Positions 50,831 through 63,370 of a stretch of 64,000 nt of DNA are shown here, one piece after another. The position numbers and the translations under genes are program-made. Source of the stretch: Takakia lepidozioides (lineage: Eukaryota > Plantae > Bryophyta); NCBI GenBank assembly GCA_030704615.1, contig CM060733.1, positions 69,750,001-69,814,000 of the forward strand. Reading direction: 5' to 3'. Under the pieces are notes generated by a model. That model ran no database searches, was not told the origin of the DNA, and worked only from the letters and a program-made list of their open reading frames with translations. The stretch's first letter is position 1. Each line of letters starts with the position of its first letter.

Positions 50831-53657
50831 CCCTGTTTTCCTGTAGTGTTTGCTTTGACAATTCTAGGCTGTCATTGTCAGCTGCTAGCAGCAAGGCGAG
50901 GATGTATGCATGATTTGTGCAGAGGCATGGATGCTGAAGGAGGGGGATTTCGTGTGGGTCCAGATTCATCCAAGAAGGCCAGATTTCAAGCACAAGATTA
51001 CCTGTGATTCCCTGTGGATCATAGCTACAAGAAACCTGCAGGGTAGATGGTCAACTGGGAGCAGCGGCACAAGTGATAAAATCAGGATGCTAATGAAGGC
51101 ATATCTTCAAAACATTTCACCCTGTTTTTCCCTCTTATCAGAAGGCCTCCCTTTACATGTCAATTCTGCAAGTTAGCTGGTTGTGATCTAGTTTGGAGTG
51201 ACTTTGACATGATACTGTTGTGACAACAGGAAAGTGTCAAAAATAGGTAAGAGAGAGAAGCTGTGGAATGAATACTTCTGAGCCCAGTCACTGATGGGTC
51301 AACCGGGGCAGAAAGTGAATGCCTGCACATTTCAGAGTAGCAGATGCAATTCAGCATAGGAACTAGGTGCTACGCTGAGTGGGTGTTCCTCCCAAATGTA
51401 GGCTGTCATTGTCATGCTTGCAAGGAGGAATGCTTGATTTGTGTGCTGAAGGAATAGAGATAGAGTGTGGGTGACGCAGGGTGCTGGGCAATGGGCAAGA
51501 TGTCTTTGTATAAACGTGAGTGACTTCCTATCATCCTGGGTTTCCTTTTTATGCATGTTTCTTTGTGAAGTATCCTGAACTTCGCCAATACACACCAACC
51601 TTTTTGCTTTGGTTTGTTTAGGACATGAGATAGAAGTTACCATAAACAACACTGGCATTGGTTTTTTTATAGGTATTAGATAATTCTCTTAATTGTTTCG
51701 CCTTGGCAGGTTGCTCAGTGACCTTCCCTGGACACTTTGGAGTATAGCGAGTGAGTGTCTCACAATGCAATATTGGTTGGTGCATCTACTGGCAAACAAA
51801 CTTGTCCTTGAACTGTAGTAATTCTTAAAGCCATGCAAGCCGTTTTTGATGGGTTGCAGATTGATGGAATACATGAGTAGTTAGAAGATTCTGGATGAAC
51901 ACTTTTCAAAGTGTTATAGTTAGACAAAATAATTCACATGAGAACATGCGACTATTTAATGTATTAGATCGCAACAAAAATAATAATGATAAATAGATTG
52001 GTAAATAGAGATGGTATGCAATCTCTTGGTTTTGCTCAGCTTGTTGCAGTTATGTCTTGCTGCCTTGTTCTCTTTGTATTATATATTATATTTCATTGTT
52101 GTAATAGACATGTACATGACTGCTATCATAGTCATAATAATGACTACATCTATTTTCACTCTCCAATAGTACACCACGTGGCATAAATACAAATATGTAA
52201 AAAAATAGCAATACACCCCAAAAAAACACCCATCATGACACATGTCAATCTGCTGATGGACCACGCGTAAAAACTGCAACGCGCCACGTGTTGCAACCGG
52301 ATTAGCACACCCGTAGTCATAGTTCGCAGTCATGGAGAGCTAAACACTCTGCCACGTGTCATTTCCTGCATCGAGCACGTGCCACTCTTGCACAGCCGCT
52401 GACATGGACTACACTGTCCGTTCAGTCATTCAGTAAACCCAGCGTGTATGACTACCCCCACAGCTGCTCTGGCGCCACGTGACAGCCAGCCTGGAGAGTC
52501 ATATCTGCCATATCACAACTGACTAGGTCTTTACGTCTGCAGAGTCAGGAAGTCGTAAATGGCTTCCATGACTGCATTTGCAGTCATAACACAGAGACGT
52601 AAAAGCCGCAATTTGTTGTAGTGAACAACCACTATCCCAACGTGTTCAAAGCAACAAGGAGGCTCAGGTAAAGTCGAGGGAAGGACAGAGAGGATCTCAG
52701 ATGCAGAGGTCTCTTCCTTCATTCTCAGGCCAACAACAGTCGGGTGTAACTTGTTGGGATTGTGGAGGACCCCATGTCAAGAAGGATTGCCCGGAGAGAG
52801 GCAAAGGGTCGGCACAGGTATAGCCTATACAACTACAGCGTGGGCATTGTGGAAAGTATGGGCATGATGAGGCCCATTGTTATGGCTTGCATCCTGAGCT
52901 ACGGCCAGACCAGTTCCAAGGGAACAATGGTGGCCGAGGACGAGACAATGTAGTCCAGAGAGGTAGAGGAGACAGAGGTCGGGGTGGAGGTCGTAACCAA
53001 AACCAAGGAGCACAGGGTCAGGGTCAAGGTCATGACCAAGGCATGGTGGATAGACTTGCCCAGCTAGAGCAACATCTTGCTGCCATGGCCACTACTCATG
53101 TTGCGCCAGCTCCAAGGCTTGAGGTTCAAGCCCCACCTGCACAACCTCATATGCCTAGGGAAGACTAGATTGGTATGGGCTTCATGTGTGGAGCCGCACT
53201 TGCAGGGCCATTGCATGTATTGGACTCTGTTGCTGCTGTCACTCGAGCAACAACGCGTGCTCCTGAGCCAAGAAGAGCGGATGTGGATTTTGATCCACAA
53301 AGAGGGGAAGCGAGTCGTCAGACAAGGCTTCCATAGTCCTTTACATTGGCTGAGATAGTGCCACCTATGCCATCAATGGCACCCGCTCGCCTAAGTATGT
53401 CAGAGGTAGAGCCACAAATACCATTGGGGAGAAATGATGTGGCTCGGGAAATGCCAGTGGGTGGTGCTGTAAAATAAGTTGCAGCCAGTACATTGTTGGG
53501 GCGGGCTACGGCGGTTTGCCAAGCTTCATTGTTTTCTGCAATGACAATTGCAAATTCGGGGATTCGGCCAACTGTTGTGTTCAGACTAGCAGCTAGACTC
53601 TGTGAGAGTGGTGATGCATCGGCACTATCTGCAGGGATAGCGGATAATGTGTAGTGC

Positions 53658-54200
53658 ATGGGTGCCCTGGACTCAAGGGTGAAGACAGCCACAGCTGCAC
53701 CATGGCAAGCAGCAGCTGCAAGGTTACATGAGTTACCAGCTAGACCAGCCATTGAGCGTAGTATGGTGACTCCTGGGGTAGTCCTGGTGGACAATCAGGA
53801 TGGTATGTTTCAGTTAGGTGGCCCAGCCAGGAGGAGGTATAGGCCACTACGGGTCTTGTTGGACTCGGGAGCACAGCCATTGATGTGGGGGAGAGCAGCA
53901 ATTGCAGGCTTGGGCTTTACAGAGGCGGATTTGGAGCCTTGTCTTTTCCAAATTCAAACATCTTTGGGTGGTTCAGAGAAGGCGCGAGGGATTACACGCC
54001 ATGAGCTCTTCATTCGATTGTAGCCGGATCATCCTACGGACGGCTCAGTCATGAGAGCTAAAGCCATTGTTATGGACGCGATGTCCTATGATGTGCTTGT
54101 TGGTGGGGCTGTGTTGTACCCCATGGGCTTTACTTTGGACTTTTGGGAGGAAACGACATCCTACAGGCCGGAATGGCAATCAGGGGATGGTCGACGTGCA
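53658..54200 (+). pseudogene. Gypsy aspartic protease region
   Basis: RVLLDSGAQPL and downstream YDVLVG. Confidence 0.8.
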
Positions 54201-54569
54201 CTGCTCCCAGTGCGGTTTATTGGGAATGTAGTGGTGGATCATAGGAACATGATGCCCACATTGGCTGCATTCTTAGGGATGGAGGCTTGGGGTGGTGAGC
54301 TCTTGGAGGGCAATAGCCATGCAGATGATAGGCCACCATCTGATGAGGACAAGCAATTGGCATACAAGGCTGAGTTGCTTCCTCATATTCCTGTGCATAA
54401 CTCACTGTAGAATGCAGTTGGGGATTTGGAGCAAGTGACAAGCCAGTGTGTACAGCAAGCATGGCAGGAGGCCTTTCCATCGGTAGGTGAGGGGAGTTCA
54501 GTTACATCACCGGGACCTCCTCAATTAGCTCCATTAGACACATTGCCTATTATCTGGCAACAACCTGAC

Positions 54570-55540
54570 TCAGACATTTGTTTGCTAGACTTGTTTGGAG
54601 GCATGAGCACTGGGCTTGCAGGAGTGTTGCAAGCAGGAATCAAAGTACGCAAGTACTTGTATGTGGAGAAGGATGAGATTGCTCGGCATGTTTCCATGCG
54701 CCATGTTGCCTTGCTCACACATTAGTATCCTGAGTTGTTGTCTCTCTCAGCAATTCAAGGGTATCAAAAGGCCTTGCCAGCAGACATTACCTTGCTGGGG
54801 GCAGATGATTTGGACCGGCATGGTGCCATTGACTTGGTGATAGCTGGATGGCCTTGCCAAGGACACTCTCCCGCAGGTCATGGGAATGGCTTGCATGATG
54901 CACGATCGCATTTGTTTTGGGAGATGTTGCGAGTATTTTGTGACTTGCAGGTGAGGCAAGTGCAACCTCCAGCTTACATCCTGGAGAATATTCCTCTCAT
55001 GGGGGATTCTCGGGCCAGGGTTATGGCCAATGTGCATCAGATCCGGTCATGGATTGGACCAGCTGTATTGTTGGATGCAGCTGCAGTGGGTTCACGGGCA
55101 CATAGGCCTAGGTTGTGGTGGATCAATCTTGCACCACCAGAGTTGCTCAAGAGAGCCTATGATTCCATTCAACGGCCACCCAACCTCACGGTTGAGGGCA
55201 TTTTGGACCAAGGGAGACAACCACAGAGAGTGCAACATGATGATCATCCACCTTTGGCAGTGGTCAATCGAGTGGGGGCAGCCACGTGCAGCCTTGTCTA
55301 CGCTCATGAGCTTTCCCTCGTCTCATGCTTTTTGAGACAATGGTCCTGGGTTGATTTGGGACAGTGTGCTACAACAATTGGTGGAGCCCAATGCGGATGA
55401 GCGAGAGCGGGCAATGGGATTTGCCACGGGCACTACAGCTGTGCCAGCTCTGTCAGAGACATCACGACGCCAAGTGTTGGGTCAGGCAATGGATCTCAAT
55501 TGCTTGACATGGGTCATTGGCTTGTGTATGGCTGAGCAAC
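54570..55540 (+). pseudogene. C5 cytosine DNA methyltransferase domain (DNMT3-like) embedded in pol
   Basis: Motif I LDLFGG, II YVEKD, III ADIT, IV AGWPCQG (PC at 54852-54857), VI ENI (54984-54992), VIII HRPR, IX/X ERERAMGF...RQVLGQAM; stop at 54723 and frameshift at ~55280. Confidence 0.93.
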
Positions 55541-56049
55541 GGAGATTGCAAGCATTGGTGGCTACTTCCGCTCTCCCATTGGATATTGCACCTTCTCTGC
55601 CAACCGGGACGATGGAGGCAGTGAGTGGGGGTGAGCACAGGATCATGGGGTGCAAACACCCATGGCAAATGTGGGATGAGATGCGCAAAGAGAGAGAGTC
55701 ATTGGATCTCTCAAGCAGCAGTATGAGGAGTGGGGAGAGCCATACACTGAGGATAAGCTGGAGGACAAGGTGGCTAAGGTTTTTGAAGAGGTTGAGAATG
55801 TTTCTTGTTCAAAGGATGTTCTCAAGGTAGCTATGGCGGAGCAAGTGGAGGCTACGCCACAGTCAGAGTGGGCGGACAAGGCCCAAGAGGTTGCTATCTA
55901 GCAACCAAAGGATTCGTCTCCTACCTCCAAGCCTGGTGTACCCAAGGTTGCAGTCACAGAGGACAATTGGGAACCAGATGTTGGACCTACAGTCACCGGA
56001 GGAGAGAGACGGAGGATCCAGTGATTTCTAAGGGTTTATAGAAATTGCT

Positions 56050-57400
56050 TTGCCTTCGGTTTGAAGGATTTGGGGAGTTTGAAGGGTCAGGAGATTCGTA
56101 TTGATTTGGCAAGTGACACGCCAATCTTTTGAAGGCCCTACCGGTATAGTGACATGGAGAGGTCATTGATCCAGTCACGGACTATGGAGTTGTTCGAAGC
56201 TGGATTGGTGGAGTTGTCAGGCGGGGAGTATGCCTCGGCAACGGTGATGCCAGCTAAGAATGATATCTATGGCAATTGGACAGAAAGAAGGATGTGTGGG
56301 GACTATCATCCTGTGAACCGTCAGACTAAGTCCGATAGATATGTCATGCCAACTCCAGAGGAGATCTTTGATGCCATTGGGCATGCAAAGGTGTTTAGCA
56401 CATTGGACTTGCGATCCGGTTACCACCAGTTGCCAATCAAAGAGGCTGACAAGCAAAAGACGGCATTATGGGGGATTGACCAAAATGGGAAGGATTGTTT
56501 GTACCAATGGCAGTTCCTACCGTTTGGGTTGAAGAATGCTCCTGCAGAGTTTTAGAGGATCATGGATAGGATTCTTGCGGGCTAGACTTCATCCGGTGCT
56601 ACATTGATGACATCATCATCTTTAGTGCTACGATTGAGGAGCATAAGAGACACCTTCAGATGGTGTTTGAGCGCTTGAGAACGCACGGGTTGAAACTGCA
56701 CCCCGAAAGTGCAAGTTCTTCCACAATCAGATTGAGTATCTGGGCCACATGATATACCCTGGAGGATTGGGTGCTCAACAGACAAAGGTGGAGGCCATTG
56801 CATGCATTCCACGCCCTATGGATGTGAGCAGAGTTGGTGCTTTCATGGGATTGACAAACTACTATCGATGGTTTGTTAAGGGATTTAGCAGCATTGCAAA
56901 GGCTCTTACCAAGTTGACCAAGGTGGGTCAGGAGTGGCCGTGGGAGGAGGAGCAGGAGGAAGCCTTTGAGGAACTCAAGGCTCAATTGACTTCTGCACCT
57001 ATTCTGAGGCGGCCTATTCGGGGGCGGCCTTTCCAGCTACATACGGATTGGAGTATGCTGGGGATTGGAGCAGTGCTCACATAGGTGGATGATGAGGGAA
57101 GAGAGTTTGTAGTGGCATATGCTAGCTGCTCGAATAATGATGCCGAGGCGAAGTATAATTCCTATGAAGGGGAGTGTCTGGCTGCAGTATGGGCAGTGGC
57201 ACATTTCAGATGCTACCTCTATGGCAATCTCTTCACTCTTGTCACGGATCACCAACCATTGAAGTGGTTGATGGAGTCAGACAAGCTTACAGGGAAGCTT
57301 GCACGGTGGGCACTTATGCTTCAAGAGTACGACTTCCAGGTGGTGCATCGAGCCGGAATAGTCAACCGGGATGCGGATGGATTCAGTCGCAATCCATGCA
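56050..57400 (+). pseudogene. Gypsy reverse transcriptase and RNase H (disrupted)
   Basis: RMCGDY, DLRSGYHQ, LPFGLKNAP, CYIDD; LHTDWS, YEGECLA, TDHQPL, NRDADGFSR. Confidence 0.95.
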
Positions 57401-57744
57401 CAAGTGAGCTTGATGATATAGGAGCTCGTTGGCATGGTAAAACGGACAAGGAGATGGTGCCAGGATGGCACGCATCTGCCTTTTTATGCATTCTAGCAAT
57501 GGGAGCTCAAGCTGGTCCATCCCATGTGATTGGTCACAGAAATAGTGTGCATGATGATCCAGAGATCAGTGAGGAGCTTGGTGGTGCTAAGGATATACAT
57601 GAAGATGCAGCAATGTTGCCCTATCTCCGTACTAGAGAGACAGCAGCCGGTGTGACTGCTAAGGAGAGAGATCGGATCCTACAACGAGCCAAGAGGTTCA
57701 AGTGGGAGGGGACTCACCTACTCCAAGTATGGGAGGATGGATGA

Positions 57745-59030
57745 GTGAGGATTGTGCCTCATCCAACACAGCGAGCGCGATTGATACACCATGCCCATGA
57801 GGAGTTGGGACATTTTGGGGTGCGGTGCACTCATAGTTTGCTGCAAGGACAGTATTGGTGGCGGGGCATGCACATGGATGTGCAACAGTTAGTGGCAAGG
57901 TGCATGGTGTGTGATAGAGTGCGGGCTTCTTTCAATGCACCTACTCCACAATTGCATCCTTTACCCATTATGGGTTTGGGCTATCGTTGGAGTCTTGACT
58001 TCGCAGGCCCATTGCTACTGACGATTCGCCATAACAAGTATGTGCTGGTGATGGTGGAACATTTCTCCAAATGGATTGAACTGGTGGCATTGCCTGACAA
58101 GGCAAATGAGAGGTCTGTGTATGCATTCTTAGATCGAGTGCTTAGCCAATTTGGTGCTCCAGCCGAGGTACTTACGGACCAGGGGAGAGAGTTCTTGGGG
58201 GAGTTTCAGGCTTTGTGTGAGCAAGGCTTGATAGATCACCGCACTACTTCTCGGGATCATCCCGAGGCTGATGGCTTGGCGGAGAGAGTTGTTCAGACAG
58301 TCAAGAGAGGTTTGCGCAAGTACGGTTTGCAGAAGGGACACCTAGGAGATTGGGACCTTCAGCTGCCTTGGCTAGCTATGGGCTATAGGTTCAGCAAACA
58401 AGCTTCACTTACCTCCTTCTCACCTTACTTTCTTCTCTTCGGCCGAGAGCCAGATTTGCCTGCAACTATTCGCAGGAAGACTGCAGTAGTCCTCAACCTT
58501 GATGATCCGGATGTGTGGACACAAGCATGTGCCCAACGGGCAGAGTTGTTCAAGAGAGTCATGCCTATGGCTTTTGAGAACCTTGCTATTGCCAAGACAC
58601 ATTGAGGTACGCCACTATACGTGGAGGGGGATATCGGCCAAGTGTTCGGCGTTTCCATCCTGGGGACTATGTGTATCTACAGCAGACAGCGCCTACGACC
58701 TTGGATGTCACAGCAGGTAGTGTGATTCTAAGGGTCTGGGAGGTGTTGCCTTCAAGAGAGTTGATTCTGGAGGGTCGAGATGGCATGGTATGGAAGGACT
58801 ATGTGTGCAATTGTGCGCCATGTCACCTTCCACATGTGGATGGGAGGATAGATCCTAACCTTGCAGTGGTACCTGCAGGGTTGCGTTGCATGCTATGTGG
58901 GCATGCTGGTGGCGCCGCAACCATGTTGGTGTGTGACAAATGCTCAAGGGGGTGGCACATGGGATACTTGACACCGCCACTTAAGGAGGTTCCTATCGGA
59001 GAATGGTTTTTCCACGATGCCTTGGACAGA
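57745..59030 (+). pseudogene. Gypsy integrase with a C-terminal PHD finger (~58887-59020)
   Basis: HEELGHFG...CMVC; SLDF, TDQG, AER catalytic core; CMLC...LVCDKC.RGWH..YLTPPL..VP.GEWF followed by frameshifted PRC. Confidence 0.92.
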
Positions 59031-59694
59031 GGTAGTGGGCATGACAATGGTGAGGCGGACAAGTGACCCAAGGTCTAGCTAGTGGGGCTTCAATGCCATG
59101 GATATTCAACTGAAGATCATGGATTGTATGAAGGCGAGTAACGATGGGGCTACGTTTCTTGATCTATCGACTTCAGGTGTTGGGACTTGTGCGATTGAAG
59201 ACCAAACGATGATCTTATTGGAGTGGATACTTGCAAGCTATCCGGTGTTAGAGGGACCTAATCACCAGCTAGGGGGGCGATTGTGGCGTGGCTTTCTAGG
59301 ACTATATGCTAGGAAGTGTGGTTGGACAGCGATGTATGTTGTGGCATGATGCTTAGGTGCACGACAGCTGTCATGGTTTTAGTGGACATTTTAGATATTT
59401 ATATTTATATTTTGTGTGTTGGGACTTCATTTGGTCTCACATGCCAACAGAGGTGTCGAGCCTCACTTGGGACATGGGGATAGGTTTTCCCCTTGTGAGG
59501 ATGGAGAAGACTCATCTTCTTGTAGTTGAGCCTCCATGAGTCTCTCTTACCTCCATAGCTCTAGGTATTGAGAGGGAGTGTGGTGAGGGCTTTGTAGGGT
59601 GGATTCCCTTAACAAGGGTGCCATTGGCTTGACTTAGTTTATGTGATTGAGTGGATTCATGAGTGGAGGGTTTCCATTATGTTCACTTTCATTA

Positions 59695-61905
59695 TCCGAT
59701 TGTGGTATAGCTCTCTAGGATTGTGTGCTTAGATTGTGTGGTGGACCATCCCCAAAATGAGATCCACTCCATCGATCTCGCAAATGGTGAAGTTCTCACA
59801 TCTTTCCCATTTCCCCAGTTGAAGAGGGACATCGAACGCCAACCTCGTCGCCAATTGCGGTTCTCCTTTGGCAGAACGCACCTCAATAGAGGCCCCCACG
59901 TCACTTGTCGGGAGTCCTAGCTTTTGTGCCGTTGCCGGTGTCATGAAGGAGTGCGACGCTCCTGTATCCACCAACAATGACACGTTAGTTCCGGATGTTA
60001 TCCCATCCACGAACAATAACTGACTCCCTTTACGTAAGGCGCCAGTTTCCTGATACAGTTCACAAGAAAATTTGCCTACCTTGCAAGTCCTGGCGACCAC
60101 CGCTTCCACCAAGCGACTGATGGTATCTTCCGACAGCTCTGTGGTCGCCCGAGTCAAATTCAATTGCCGGGGCTTCGTGCACTTCTTGGCCATGTGCCCG
60201 GGCTCCCCGCAATTGAAACACACTCCATCAAAGGTCGCCTTCTGTCCGCCATAGGCCGCTCCACCCGCTTTTCCTTTTGAAGCACCGAGTGCCGCCTTGA
60301 CTTGTGAAGGCCCTCCCCGCGATTTCCACATGCCATTGTCGCCGCGTGGCCTATCCCACTTCTTTTCCGGTCGGAAGGCGTCACCTTTCCGCCGGGTCTT
60401 CTTGTGGTTTAGCTTCGTACGGCCTTGTCTTTCACCCCTAGGGACATCCGAGAAACATTCAGCCCTCTCAATTGCCTCGTTCAAAGTCTTAGGTGGCTTC
60501 TCCTCCAACTTCCGCCTAGCCCATGTGGCCAGTCCCGCCACAAAGTTGAAGACCATTTCTGGTTCTGCCATGTCCGTGACTTCGAGCAACAGCACATTGA
60601 AAGCCTGGACATATCCCCGAATGTCATCTGTTTGCTTCAAATTCCTCATCTTGTCCGGGCAAGCCAGGACGCGTTGAGGGGCACAAACTGCTTTTTCATC
60701 AATTCCTTGAACCCACTCCAATTCAAGGTTTCCGGGCTTGGACCTCGGTCGTGAAGGCATTTCTGCCACCATTGTTGAGCATAGCCCCTCAAATAGGTGG
60801 GAGCCACTTCCACCCGGTCCTCGTCACTCAACTTGGCCGCCGGAAGAAGCTCTAGCTCCAGGAGCCAGGTGTTGAGTGCCTTCCGATTTCGGACGTCCTC
60901 GAAGGTGCCGGGTTCCTTAGGCTTCATCTTAAATTTTGCCTTAGTGGAAGTGACATTAGCCGCCTTCAACACGTTTTTCAACGTCCCGCCAAATTGCGCC
61001 AACAACCTTCCCAAAAGGCTGCCGGCATGGGAGGCATCTGTTGGTCGGTCGGAGCTCTCAGGGATTCCTCGGGCTCCGACTCCTCAGATTCCTCCCGCTC
61101 TTGAGCGCCCTCGTTTTCGGAGACATGCATCGCTTCCTCATACGGCCGCCTCGGTGACACGTCGCCCCCATCGGGCTCACCAGGATCATCATCTTTTGGG
61201 CCGTTCCGCTTTCGCTTTGGCTTGCCCGACCCCATGATGAGGCCAATCCCAAGGACGATCACGTACTGAACTCTAAGCTCTGATACCAAGTGTCGCGCAC
61301 CTCACTTCGGTAAGCTCCCCTTCAGGTCATAGTTGCTAGCTTGATGCGCGCGCCTAACTCCCAACCTGGCCGCCGGACCAACTTGGAGCTTCGGCTGCTC
61401 ACCGGGGCATAACGGTCCCCCTTTGAACTCCCAAAGAACCCTCCACCGATTTGAAACCAGCGGGAATTCCCTTTGGTAGTTGGCAGTCCGAAACAGCTCC
61501 CCACTCTTTGGTCGTTTTCCGGCTCGCTCGCTTACTCACTAGTTTTTGGTCACCAACGGGCTTGCACCGTTCTCGGGGTTACTACTCCCTATATATACTT
61601 CTGTAGCTGTCCGCGGGGGTTTCACAATGTTCAAATGATCTTTGATTGCTTTCAAACATTGCGAGTGTGTTGGACATACCTTGTAAGAGGTACGGCGAAC
61701 CACCACGAAAACCCTCGACTCCCGGTGATGAGTCGCGGTGAGTCTTGGCTTACTCACCACGGCCCCTATGGACCGTGATGAATCCCAAGACTCCCCACGA
61801 CTCCCACCACGAGGTCTCCGCCCCCATGGTGAGTCCTATGCCACCCCCACTAAGTTCCGCTAAGCTACCACCACCCCTTGTGGAGCCACCCCCACCGCAA
61901 CCCAG
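59695..61905 (-). mobile_element. Truncated Gypsy family B copy: LTR (from 61291), tRNA-iMet PBS (61277-61288), gag with CCHC knuckle, protease
   Basis: TGGTATCAGAGC PBS; CFNCGEPGHMAKKC; LLVDTGASHSF...DLILG; homologous to 33525-35118. Confidence 0.92.
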
Positions 61906-63158
61906 TGTGCGGGGCTCCACCTAGTGAGCGCCTCTGCCTCCTTGAGTGCCTTGGGCACTCAAGGGTGCTTCAGCCCCCCATACCTATCGCTGCCGCTGCC
62001 CCCACCACAGGGGCAGCCCCTCATGTGTCCCGACCCCCTGCCCTCAAGGCAAAGGGCCGCGACATGGCAAGCCACCGTGGCAAGGACGTGTGCACCTGTT
62101 AGCTTAAAGAACCTATTTCAGACCCGTTAACTTTTACACCAAACTACTCTATCTCAGTTAGTGAGATGCACTAACTATTATGAGTGCCAGTTAGTATAAC
62201 TGTAAGTGGGGCACCTAAACCCAATAGTTAGCTTAAATGACACTAACTATTGGGTGCCTAACTGCAGGTGGGGCAGGGCCCTAAGCCGTCATCGATTGAG
62301 GATCATTACTGGCCATGTAAGTTGTATTGGGTCCCACTCCGTTGATGCTCCCCACCCACACCAGATATTATTGTGCTCCATTGTTGTTTGGATGTCCATT
62401 TTTTTATAACTTACACCAGTCTACTTCGAACCTCTTTTCTATCCTTGCATACTCTCTCCGGACTGCGTGAGCTTAATGAATAACGTGTTTCCACATCAGA
62501 AAAGATGTCATGCCAACATTGATCGACATAGAGAAAGAAAAACAATAATGATTTGAGATATTGGACCTTCCAGTTCAAACAGGCTGCCCTTACCTTAGTC
62601 ATTGAGCTGAGCCCAACAAGCGGCAGAAAATGTGGAGAAATTTGCAAGTTTATGAAGCAACTTTGCAACCTCTAGAGCCAATCCAACATAACGCAGCTAC
62701 GGACAATCCATGTGTTTGACTATGTACCGTGCACAAATGCTAAGGCAATCCAATCCAACAAATTACAACAAGTGTGTGTCGACAATCCAATTGGATTAGT
62801 ACAGATCTACACGAGTAATCCCTTTCCAGTACGCACTCCAATGAAGTACCGGACTTGATCTCTTGCCGAACACGTTATGTATTAGATAATGTCAATGTGG
62901 AGGAGCATTATCGAGAATAATCCGAGCTGCAGGCGAGCTGTGGGAGCAGCGAGTCTGCTACGAGTATTATTTGAGATTGCTTCGACGGATGGACATTATC
63001 TTACTCAATATGTCGATATGGCTATTTGTCATCCAATGTTTCATCCAAAACGGGTTTTCATCCGACGTATATGGAGACACCTGCATATGGAGACAATTAT
63101 TGCTAAAAATATCATACCTGAATCAGGGGAAAAAACAGCCATACGACTATTAAGAGCA

Positions 63159-63370
63159 GTTAGTAGCTCAGTTGGTTAAGTGCAGTGAGTGCCACCCAGA
63201 TGACGGGTGTGGTACGGGTTCCTGGGCGGTGTCCCACTCATTCGCCTCCATGGCGCATAAATGAAAGAGGTTATTTTCTCCTCTCACTACAAAGGGGCCT
63301 GATTTGTGAGCTGTCGCTCCCAGGTGTTTCCCTTTAAAAAAAAAAAGAAAAAAAAGAAAAAAAAGAAAAA
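63159..63370 (+). mobile_element. Putative tRNA-derived SINE
   Basis: A-box-like TAGCTCAGTTGG, A-rich tail, ATGGCGCATAAATGAA motif shared with the 48164-48368 element. Confidence 0.55.

Larger units (their letters stand above)
47705..52623. mobile_element. Non-autonomous CACTA transposon (4919 bp) carrying PPR gene fragments
   Basis: Left TIR CACTACAACAGATTGCGGCTTTTATGACTC; right TIR reverse complement CACTACAACAAATTGCGGCTTTTACGTCTC; TSD AAC at 47702-47704 and 52624-52626; no transposase seen inside. Confidence 0.95.
45590..59694 (+). mobile_element. Ty3/Gypsy LTR retrotransposon (family A): gag-PR-C5 DNA methyltransferase-RT-RH-INT-PHD; degenerate and interrupted by a CACTA element
   Basis: gag at 47056-47704 and 52624-53500 (CWDCGGPHVKKDC); LLDSGAQ protease; MTase motifs; RT YIDD; RNase H; integrase; PHD; PPT at 59271-59280; LTR-family sequence at 59369-59694. 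Confidence 0.93.

Noticed and set aside
54570-55540. Bacterial restriction-modification MTase or contamination, or a host DNMT gene
   Set aside because: Intronless, collinear with protease and RT, and decayed in the same way as the surrounding pol.
63165-63235. tRNA gene
   Set aside because: A-box only, no cloverleaf, followed by an A-tail; better explained as a SINE.
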